Origin: an uncultured virus (IMG/VR IMGVR_UViG_3300042154_002181)
Lineage: Duplodnaviria; Heunggongvirae; Uroviricota; Caudoviricetes
Reading direction: 5' to 3' (one strand)
Virus record (IMG/VR): IMGVR_UViG_3300042154_002181
Length of the DNA stretch: 20,000 nt
Shown in pieces: positions 1-6,675 of this stretch. Within the stretch, counting starts at the first letter, position 1, and the number at the start of each line of letters is the position of its first letter. The notes beneath the pieces were generated by a model. It was not told where the DNA came from. It ran no database searches and saw only the letters and a list, made by a program, of their open reading frames with translations. Both the position numbers and the translations under genes were made by a program.

Positions 1-14
1 TAAGTCTTTTAACA

Positions 15-46
15 GGGCGGTTCTTAATTGAACTGCCCATTTTTTT
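15..46 (+). terminator. Rho-independent (intrinsic) terminator
   Basis: 9-bp stem GGGCGGTTC (15-23) / GAACTGCCC (30-38) with one G-U pair, 6-nt loop, then A and 7 T's. A TAA at 1-3 may end an upstream gene. Confidence 0.85.
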
Positions 47-50
47 ACAC

Positions 51-121
51 TGTTTCTTGGTGTAACGGTAGCACAAGTGGTTTTGGTCCACTTAGTTTAG
101 GTTCGAATCCTAAAGGAACAT
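51..121 (+). tRNA. tRNA-Gln (anticodon UUG)
   Basis: Acceptor TGTTTCT/AGGAACA; D-stem GTGT/GCAC; anticodon stem AGTGG/CCACT with loop TT-TTG-GT (TTG at 83-85); T-arm TTAGG-TTCGAAT-CCTAA. CCA not encoded. Confidence 0.95.
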
Positions 122-181
122 CTCTTACAAATTAATTAATATACTCAAAAGATCTATTTAATAAATTAGAAGATTTAGTAT

Positions 182-189
182 TATATTTA
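182..189 (+). promoter_or_regulatory. Putative promoter element TATATTTA upstream of the tRNA-like RNA
   Basis: The same octamer occurs in the intergenic gaps at 2154-2161 and 6644-6651. It resembles the Bacteroidota -7 element TAnnTTTG. Confidence 0.45.
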
Positions 190-199
190 GATAATAGAT

Positions 200-355
200 T
201 ATCAGATGGTGAAACACTCTAGAGTATGGCAGACACACCCGCCCGTCTCGCGGGCGCAGAGTTTGAAATAGGTAAATGGATATGGGTTGACCACAAGCCG
301 GCTATTTTGTCTCTTACCGAATCACTGCGTGAAGGTTCGAATCCTTCTCTGATAG
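200..355 (+). tRNA. Atypical 156-nt tRNA-like RNA (GUC/Asp in the canonical register, CUC/Glu in an alternative register) with expanded D-loop and ~75-nt variable arm
   Basis: Perfect acceptor TATCAGA (200-206)/TCTGATA (348-354), discriminator G355; D-stem GTG (209-211)/CAC (234-236); stem CCCGC/GCGGG with loop CCGTCTC (243-249); variable arm closed by CGCAG (255-259)/CTGCG (325-329); perfect T-arm GAAGG-TTCGAAT-CCTTC (331-347). Confidence 0.8.
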
Positions 356-361
356 CTTTAT

Positions 362-445
362 ACCTTAGTGGCGGAACGGTATACGCGTTTGACTTAAAAT
401 CAAATGGGCTGAAAGCCCGTATGGGTTCGAATCCCATCTTAGGTA
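362..445 (+). tRNA. tRNA-Leu (anticodon UAA)
   Basis: Acceptor ACCTTAG/CTTAGGT (one T-T mismatch); D-arm GCG..GGTATA-CGC; anticodon stem TTTGA/TCAAA with loop CT-TAA-AA (TAA at 395-397); class II variable arm GGGCT-GAA-AGCCC; T-arm ATGGG-TTCGAAT-CCCAT; discriminator A445. Confidence 0.95.
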
Positions 446-460
446 CTAAAATAAACAGTT

Positions 461-718
461 ATGAATACAGACAACAATCCCATAGAAAAATGCGTAATAT
501 GTGGTAAAGATACCCCATATAGATTTAATGATCACATTGATTTGAGAATAGGATACGTAGAAGGCTCAGGCCAAGGATGTTATCAATCTCATATGTGTAG
601 TCAAGAAAAAAGTAGAAGACTAATCACAATCAGCGAGGAATTGGTATATAATACACCTAATGATCAAGAGCTAGGATCTAAAGTCAGAGAATTATATTGG
701 AACACTAAAAATAAATAA
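461..718 (+). CDS. Hypothetical Cys-rich (putative zinc-binding) phage-type protein
   Basis: 85-aa ORF with CVIC and later C..HMC residues; A-rich leader; abuts the next gene. Confidence 0.8.
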   Translation: MNTDNNPIEKCVICGKDTPYRFNDHIDLRIGYVEGSGQGCYQSHMCSQEKSRRLITISEELVYNTPNDQELGSKVRELYWNTKNK

Positions 719-719
719 A

Positions 720-959
720 ATGCAACAACAAAAACCTGTACAAGTTAAAATACCTCTAGATAAAACTACTGGTGTTACATGTGAAGAATGCGGTAGTAGC
801 GCATTTCAAGAAGCTTTAATGTTACGTAAAGTAAGTAGATTTTTAACTGGTGATGCACAAGACGGCGTAATGCCTATTGCTACATTTGCTTGTGTAAAAT
901 GTGGGCATGTTAACAAAGAGTTTTATCCTAAAGAATTAACTAAGAATGAGCAAGAATAA
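720..959 (+). CDS. Zinc-ribbon protein
   Basis: 79 aa with paired CEECG and CVKCGH knuckles. Confidence 0.85.
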   Translation: MQQQKPVQVKIPLDKTTGVTCEECGSSAFQEALMLRKVSRFLTGDAQDGVMPIATFACVKCGHVNKEFYPKELTKNEQE

Positions 960-1212
960 AGAAATCTGGGGAACAATTACCGAATATAAACCTGAGAACA
1001 GTAGAACAATTCTTAAAACTGATTCAATAGTAGATTCAGTTCTAGACAAGTTTATTAGTCGCTCAAGGGTAGGAAAGAAAAAGTATAATACAGATCTAGA
1101 TAGAGAAGATCTATCTTTATCAGATTGGCTTACGCACCTCCAAGAAGAGTTGATGGATGCAGTTAATTATATAGAGAAATTGAAAAGAATCATAGACGGT
1201 AAAAAGAACTAA
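946..1212 (+). CDS. Small helical protein, putative MazG-like (all-alpha) nucleotide pyrophosphohydrolase
   Basis: GKKKY..DL followed by acidic motif WLTHLQEELMDAVNY (EExxD), typical of phage all-alpha NTP-PPase-like proteins. Confidence 0.6.
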   Translation: MSKNKEIWGTITEYKPENSRTILKTDSIVDSVLDKFISRSRVGKKKYNTDLDREDLSLSDWLTHLQEELMDAVNYIEKLKRIIDGKKN

Positions 1213-2117
1213 TGCCAAGACCAAAAATAGACATCAATTATGCTTATCAAAAAGCAGTAAGCTATTCTCAGTATTCTATATATAAACAATGCCAACATCA
1301 ATGGTACTTAACTTATATAAAGAAAGAGAGTAGTTTTAAACCGTCTATATATTTAATTTACGGTACTAGTATGCACGAAGTTATACAATCGTATTTGCAA
1401 ATAATGTATGATAAATCAGGAAAAGCTGCTGATGATTTAGATCTTAATAAGATGCTAGAAGAAAGACTAGTGGCTAATTATAAAGAGTCTATAGCTGAGA
1501 ATAAAAATGAACACTTCAGCACTAAAGAAGAGCTTAAAGAATTCTTAGCAGACGGACAAGCTACTCTAGATTGGTTTAAAAAGAATAGAGCTAAATACTT
1601 CTCAAGAAAAACATCTGAGTTAGTAGGGATAGAAATACCAATTCTGCTTCCTATTTTAGATGACATGCCAAACATTCTAATGAATGGATCTATTGACTTT
1701 ATCATTTATGAGAAAGCTGTAGACAGGTATACCATCTATGATATTAAAACGAGTACTAAAGGCTGGTCCGATTATGAAAAGAAGGATCAAACTAAACTGA
1801 ATCAGATATTACTATATAAAAGATTCTATTCTAAAGGAATGAATATTCCTGAAGACAAAATAGATGTCAAATTCTTTATAGTAAAAAGAAAAGTATTTAA
1901 TAGCCCAGACTTTCCTACATATAGAGTTCAAGAGTTTATACCGGCTAATGGTAAAAAGAAAGTAGAAGATGCAGTCAAAGATATGTCTAGTTTTATAAGA
2001 GAGTGTTTTACAGATAAAGCAAAATATAGAATAGACAGAGTATACCCTAAAAATTTAAATAGTTGCAAATTCTGTCCTTATACCAATAAGCCAGAACTAT
2101 GTGATAAAAATAAATAA
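1212..2117 (+). CDS. PD-(D/E)XK nuclease, RecB/AddB/Cas4-like exonuclease
   Basis: SYSQ..Y.QC, GTSMHE, GIEIPI, GSIDFI, YDIKTS, QILLY and C-terminal CKFCPY..ELC (1+3 Cys Fe-S pattern). Confidence 0.9.
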   Translation: MPRPKIDINYAYQKAVSYSQYSIYKQCQHQWYLTYIKKESSFKPSIYLIYGTSMHEVIQSYLQIMYDKSGKAADDLDLNKMLEERLVANYKESIAENKNEHFSTKEELKEFLADGQATLDWFKKNRAKYFSRKTSELVGIEIPILLPILDDMPNILMNGSIDFIIYEKAVDRYTIYDIKTSTKGWSDYEKKDQTKLNQILLYKRFYSKGMNIPEDKIDVKFFIVKRKVFNSPDFPTYRVQEFIPANGKKKVEDAVKDMSSFIRECFTDKAKYRIDRVYPKNLNSCKFCPYTNKPELCDKNK

Positions 2118-2153
2118 AATATTTTTTATTTACATATTTATTTTGTATTTCTA

Positions 2154-2161
2154 TATATTTA
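2154..2161 (+). promoter_or_regulatory. Putative promoter element TATATTTA upstream of the RHH/glycosyltransferase genes
   Basis: Lies in a very AT-rich gap, 11 nt before ATG 2173; recurring motif. Confidence 0.45.
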
Positions 2162-2172
2162 TTATAAAATAT

Positions 2173-2391
2173 ATGATTAATAAAACAAAAAGAGTAATAA
2201 CCTCGGTAAAAATACCGCAGACACTATACGAAGATTTTAAAATGACTTCTATAAGAAGTAAAATGAATTTACAGGATATAGTTGAAAGAGCTATGTTTAT
2301 GTATTTGACAGATTCAAAATTTAGACAGACTATTCACGAACAATACAACACGCATTATACTGGATCTAGTATTATTGAAGCAATAAAATAA
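2173..2391 (+). CDS. Ribbon-helix-helix (CopG/Arc/MetJ-like) DNA-binding protein
   Basis: 72 aa from ATG 2173 (preferred over GTG 2101). TSVKIPQTLYEDFK..SIRSKMNLQDIVERAMFMYL fits the beta-alpha-alpha RHH pattern. Confidence 0.75.
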   Translation: MINKTKRVITSVKIPQTLYEDFKMTSIRSKMNLQDIVERAMFMYLTDSKFRQTIHEQYNTHYTGSSIIEAIK

Positions 2392-2400
2392 GTTACAAAT

Positions 2401-3843
2401 ATGGTAAATGGTTATATCAAAAAAGAGGAAAGAAAAAAAATTCTACTCCTATGTGATGACATTAGAATGACATCTGGAATTTCTACAATGGCTAGAGAAA
2501 TAGTTTTAGGTACTGCGCATAGATTTAATTGGGTCAATGTAGGTGGCGCAATAAATCACCCAGAACAAGGAAAGAGATTAGATATTTCTCAAGATACAAA
2601 TGCTATAGCAGGTATTTCTGACGCGTCTATATTTTTATACCCTACAAATGGATATGGATCTCCAGAGTTAGTTAGGCAACTATTAGAAATGGAGAAGCCT
2701 GATGCTATAATGATATTCACAGATCCTCGTTATTGGGTTTGGTTATTTCAAATGGAAAATGAAATTAGAAAAAAAGTTCCTATTGTCTATTTGAATATTT
2801 GGGATGATCTACCGGCTCCCTTATATAATAAATCCTACTATGAATCTTGCGATGCATTAATGTCCATATCTAAGCAGACATTCAATATCAATAGAATGGT
2901 ACTTGGAGATACTGCAAAAAATAAGATATTAAAGTATGTACCGCATGGTATTAATGAAAAAGCTTTCTTTCCTATCAATGAATTTATGGTAGAAGAGAAT
3001 AGGCTTACTCAAGAAAAGAAAAAACAATTATTTGGAAACTTTGATCCTGAGTTTATTGTATTTTATAATGCAAGAAACATTAGACGTAAATGTACCTCTG
3101 ACTTGGTGGCAGCGTATGCTGTATTCTGTGATAAAATAGGAAAAGAAAAAGCAAGCAAGTGTGCGCTTCTTTTACATACTCAAGTTATGGATGAGAACGG
3201 TACAGACTTAAAAGCAGTTTCAGAATTATTATGTGATCCTGAATATCAAAAAGTATACTTCTCCGAAGCAAGACTTAATACAGAAGAGGTTAATAGGTTA
3301 TATAATATATCAGATGTAACGGCATTAATATCTTCTAATGAAGGATGGGGACTTTCTTTAACTGAAGCAATGATGGCAGGTAAGATGATCATAGCTAATG
3401 TTACTGGAGGAATGCAAGATCAAATGAGATTTGTAGATGAGGATGGCAAGTGGATTGATTTTAACGATAACTTCTGTTCTAATCATTACGGAACTTATAA
3501 ACAACATGGCGAATGGGCGGTACCAGTATTTCCTACTAACTTAAGTATTGTAGGATCCATTCCGACTCCTTATATCTTTGATGATCGTTGCGATTTTAGA
3601 GACGTAGCTAAAGCTATAGAAGAAGTTTACAATCTAGGATCAGAAGAAAGACATGTAAGAGGGATGAAAGCTAGAGAATGGGTAACTTCAGATGAATCCA
3701 TGATGAGTGCTAGAATAATGTGTAAAAATGTAATTGACACATTTGAAGAGACTTTTGCTACATGGAAACCTAGAAATAACTTTGAATTAATTAAAACAGA
3801 AAAACTACCTAGAAAAAAGATTCTACATAAATTAATCTACTAA
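2401..3843 (+). CDS. Glycosyltransferase, GT-B fold (GT4-like)
   Basis: N-terminal ILLLCDD..TSG, YVPHGIN, NARNIRRK, and LYNISD..SSNEGWGLSLTEAMMAG (EX7E motif), GGMQDQ. Confidence 0.92.
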   Translation: MVNGYIKKEERKKILLLCDDIRMTSGISTMAREIVLGTAHRFNWVNVGGAINHPEQGKRLDISQDTNAIAGISDASIFLYPTNGYGSPELVRQLLEMEKPDAIMIFTDPRYWVWLFQMENEIRKKVPIVYLNIWDDLPAPLYNKSYYESCDALMSISKQTFNINRMVLGDTAKNKILKYVPHGINEKAFFPINEFMVEENRLTQEKKKQLFGNFDPEFIVFYNARNIRRKCTSDLVAAYAVFCDKIGKEKASKCALLLHTQVMDENGTDLKAVSELLCDPEYQKVYFSEARLNTEEVNRLYNISDVTALISSNEGWGLSLTEAMMAGKMIIANVTGGMQDQMRFVDEDGKWIDFNDNFCSNHYGTYKQHGEWAVPVFPTNLSIVGSIPTPYIFDDRCDFRDVAKAIEEVYNLGSEERHVRGMKAREWVTSDESMMSARIMCKNVIDTFEETFATWKPRNNFELIKTEKLPRKKILHKLIY

Positions 3844-3844
3844 T

Positions 3845-5167
3845 ATGAAACAGTTGTGCGTAATATCGTGTCCTATTGACACATACTCAGGTTATGGTGC
3901 TAGAGCTAGAGATTTTTTTAAAGCTCTACATGAATTGAAAAAAGAAGAATATGAATTTATTGTCATAAGCCAACGTTGGGGATCAACTCCTTGGGGATAT
4001 ATTAAAGATAATAAAGCTGATTGGGGATGGGTGATCCCAATGATATTTGCGGGCGCACAACTTCCTAAACAACCGGATATTTGGATTCAAATAACAGTAC
4101 CTAATGAATTTCAACCACTAGGAAAACATAATATTGGAATAACTGCAGGTATTGAAACTACTATATGCGATGCTACTTGGATAGAAGGAGTAAATAGAAT
4201 GAATCTTACTTTAGTATCATCAAAACATGCAAAGTCAGTATTCGAATCATCTAAATTTGAAAAGAAAGATACCGCAACAGGACAAACTCAGTTAGTTAAA
4301 CTAGAAAAACCTGTTGAAGTATTATTTGAAGGATTAGATTTAGATCGGTATTTTCATATAGAAGATGAAGACATAGAAGCCACTGAATTGGTATCTGCTC
4401 TTGATGAAATAAAAGAAGAGTTCTGTTATTTGTTTGTAGGACATTGGTTACAAGGAGATATGGGAGAGGATAGAAAAAATGTCCCTCTTATGATCAAAAC
4501 ATTCTTAGAAACATTTAAAGATAAAAAGAATAAACCAGCTCTTATTATAAAGACTTCTGGTGCAGGCTCAAGTATTATGGATCGAGATGAAATCTTAAGA
4601 AAATTAGACATTATAAAATCAACAGTATCAGGAAATCTTCCTAATATATACTTATTACACGGTGAATTAGATGATAAAGATATTAATGATCTTTACAATC
4701 ATGGAAAAGTTAAAGCTATGTTTAATCTAACTAAAGGTGAAGGCTTTGGTAGACCGCTACTTGAATTTACTATGGCTAAAAAACCGATCATAGTATCAGG
4801 TTGGTCAGGACATACTGATTTTTTAAATCAAGAATATACATGTTTAGTACAAGGACAACTAACAAATGTACATCCATCAGCTCAAGTACCAAATATGATC
4901 TTAGCAGAGTCTAAATGGTTTAGCGCTGATATTAATCAAGCTGTACATTATTTAAAAGATGTCTACGAAAAATATGAAAAGTATCAAGAGTTAGCTAAAA
5001 GACAATCTCATTTATCAAAAACAAACTTTAGTTTTACAGAAATGAAAAAGTTATTAGGAACTTATTTAGATGTTATTCCTAAACAAGAGCCTTTAAAACT
5101 TCCGCAACTTAAGAAGATAGAACTTCCAAAACTTAATAAGATAGAACTTCCAAAACTTAATAAGTAA
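3845..5167 (+). CDS. Glycosyltransferase, GT-B fold (GT4-like)
   Basis: SGYGARAR, EDRKNV, TKGEGFGRPLLEF (EX7E), SGWSGHTDFL. Confidence 0.92.
   Translation: MKQLCVISCPIDTYSGYGARARDFFKALHELKKEEYEFIVISQRWGSTPWGYIKDNKADWGWVIPMIFAGAQLPKQPDIWIQITVPNEFQPLGKHNIGITAGIETTICDATWIEGVNRMNLTLVSSKHAKSVFESSKFEKKDTATGQTQLVKLEKPVEVLFEGLDLDRYFHIEDEDIEATELVSALDEIKEEFCYLFVGHWLQGDMGEDRKNVPLMIKTFLETFKDKKNKPALIIKTSGAGSSIMDRDEILRKLDIIKSTVSGNLPNIYLLHGELDDKDINDLYNHGKVKAMFNLTKGEGFGRPLLEFTMAKKPIIVSGWSGHTDFLNQEYTCLVQGQLTNVHPSAQVPNMILAESKWFSADINQAVHYLKDVYEKYEKYQELAKRQSHLSKTNFSFTEMKKLLGTYLDVIPKQEPLKLPQLKKIELPKLNKIELPKLNK
5090..5164 (+). repeat. 24-bp coding tandem repeat (KIELPKLN)
   Basis: AAGATAGAACTTCCAAAACTTAAT exact at 5114-5137 and 5138-5161, plus a degenerate copy at 5090-5113. 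Confidence 0.95.
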
Positions 5168-5544
5168 TGAATAGTATAGAATTTGTATTATGGCTAAAAG
5201 GTTTTACAGAAGCTTGTGAAGGCTTAACTGCAACTCCTAAACAATGGAATAGAATTAAAGATGCACTAAGTGGCGTAGAAGATTCATATGACGAAGATAA
5301 AGAGGCTTGGGATGATTGGTATCATACACCTAATCCAATAAGCAACATACCACTAAATGGATCTATGAACACATCAGGATCTTTAAATACATCAGGATCT
5401 TTAGGAGTCTCGAATACTCATACATCTATGGTCTGGAATGATAAAATGGCAGCTTGGCATTATACTAATTACCCAGACGGTTTTGGATATTATACAAATA
5501 GTAGTGCAGAAAGTAAAAATAAAAAACAACAACTCAATGACTGA
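5167..5544 (+). CDS. Hypothetical phage-type protein
   Basis: 125-aa ORF coupled by TAATG overlap; short helical N-terminus (EFVLWLKGF..QWNRIKDAL) and low-complexity remainder. Confidence 0.8.
   Translation: MNSIEFVLWLKGFTEACEGLTATPKQWNRIKDALSGVEDSYDEDKEAWDDWYHTPNPISNIPLNGSMNTSGSLNTSGSLGVSNTHTSMVWNDKMAAWHYTNYPDGFGYYTNSSAESKNKKQQLND
5359..5403 (+). repeat. 18-bp imperfect coding tandem repeat (GS[ML]NTS), 2.5 copies
   Basis: GGATCTATGAACACATCA / GGATCTTTAAATACATCA / GGATCTTTA. Confidence 0.85.
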
Positions 5545-5989
5545 TAATTTAATAACATGCCCTAAATGTGGGGTTCAAGAATCTTGCTACGTAATACCTA
5601 TAAATGAATTTCACAATTCATATGTTTGTTTTAATTGTGGTTTTCAAACAAGTGACTTAATGCGTCAAGGTGAATTTGACTTCAATGAGTATGAGAAAGA
5701 ACTTCCAGAGTTATATAAAGACATTAAACACGTAGACGAAGAAGGAAGAGTTTGGTATCCTCATATCATTAATCTAGAAGGCAAAGGCACGGTGTTTGCT
5801 AATGGATCTTCTAAAGATGATTGGCAGTGGAGTGCTATCAAATCTGTTTCACTTACAGAAGAGGAAAAAGAAAGCACTAGGTTTAAAGGAAAGACATCCA
5901 AGTCAGATTCTAAAACACTTCAAAACTTTGGTAAAGATTATTTTGAAGCATGTGACTATATTGGATTCTTTGATGTGCAACTAAACTAA
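5537..5989 (+). CDS. Hypothetical protein with N-terminal zinc ribbon
   Basis: 150 aa from ATG 5537, which overlaps the previous gene's end by 8 nt (preferred over 5438); CPKCG and CFNCG knuckles. Confidence 0.82.
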   Translation: MTDNLITCPKCGVQESCYVIPINEFHNSYVCFNCGFQTSDLMRQGEFDFNEYEKELPELYKDIKHVDEEGRVWYPHIINLEGKGTVFANGSSKDDWQWSAIKSVSLTEEEKESTRFKGKTSKSDSKTLQNFGKDYFEACDYIGFFDVQLN

Positions 5990-5994
5990 ATGTT

Positions 5995-6612
5995 ATGAAA
6001 ATTTCATACGCTATTCCTGTATGCTATGAGCATGAGGAATTAAATAGATTATTGACTCTATTAGCAAATAATAAAAGACCTGAGGATGAGATCGTAGTTC
6101 AAGCTGATCTAGGAAATACTACCAAGGAAGTCTATGAAGTAATTGATAAATTTAAAAATCAAATCAAGCTTATTGAATATCCTTTGAAAGGAAACTTTGG
6201 TCAATTCAAAAACAATCTTAAAAAGAATTGCTTAGGAGATTGGATATTTCAAATTGATGCTGATGAATACTTCAAAGAAGAGTTCATACAAAATCTACAC
6301 TTGATACTAAATGAGAATCCTACTGTAGAAGTTTTTTTACTAGCAAGAATAAATACCGTAGAAGGAATAACTAAAGAGCATATAAATCAGTGGAAGTGGA
6401 ATGTAAATGAGAAAGGTTGGGTAAATTTTCCAGACCTACAACCAAGAATTCTCCAGAACTCACCCAAGATCAATTGGGCTAACAAGGTTCATGAGGTTTT
6501 AGTCGGGCATACAAAGTATTCATTTTTTCCTTTCGATGAAGAATATTGCATCATTCATCATAAAACTATAAAAAGGCAAGAGTACCAAAATGAATTATAC
6601 TCTATACTATAA
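5995..6612 (+). CDS. Glycosyltransferase family 2 (GT-A; beta-glucosyltransferase KdtX/LgtF-like)
   Basis: KISYAIPV, DWIFQIDADE (DxD), PDLQPRI, KVHE, IIHHK. Confidence 0.9.
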   Translation: MKISYAIPVCYEHEELNRLLTLLANNKRPEDEIVVQADLGNTTKEVYEVIDKFKNQIKLIEYPLKGNFGQFKNNLKKNCLGDWIFQIDADEYFKEEFIQNLHLILNENPTVEVFLLARINTVEGITKEHINQWKWNVNEKGWVNFPDLQPRILQNSPKINWANKVHEVLVGHTKYSFFPFDEEYCIIHHKTIKRQEYQNELYSIL

Positions 6613-6643
6613 AGATTAATTTTAAATGAAACAAAAAATTTTT

Positions 6644-6651
6644 TATATTTA
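6644..6651 (+). promoter_or_regulatory. Putative promoter element TATATTTA upstream of rfbH
   Basis: In the 63-nt gap before ATG 6676; third intergenic copy of the motif. Confidence 0.45.
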
Positions 6652-6675
6652 ATAAAGATCACAAATAATATAGTT

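Noticed and set aside
200..355. tmRNA, tRNA-Sec, group I intron-containing tRNA or YrlA Y RNA as the identity of the tRNA-like element
   Set aside because: Too short for tmRNA or a group I intron and no Ala G3-U70 acceptor; no UCA anticodon; the acceptor stem appears to form the free ends, unlike YrlA, and no Ro60 gene is in the window.
219..507. ORFs 219..437 (-) and 226..507 (+)
   Set aside because: They overlap the tRNA-like RNA and tRNA-Leu; MGFEP/EGFEPS are typical antisense translations of T-loops.
1212..2117. CRISPR-Cas locus suggested by the Cas4-like nuclease
   Set aside because: No repeat-spacer array or other cas genes in the window.
2101..2172. N-terminal extension of the RHH ORF from GTG 2101
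   Set aside because: The hydrophobic F/I/Y run is a translation of AT-rich intergenic DNA containing the putative promoter; ATG 2173 fits better.
5438..5536. Longer start for the zinc-ribbon ORF
   Set aside because: It would overlap the upstream gene by about 107 nt; ATG 5537 gives a normal short overlap.
6633..6644. A6-T6 palindrome as a terminator before rfbH
   Set aside because: AT-only with no loop or GC stem; too weak to call.
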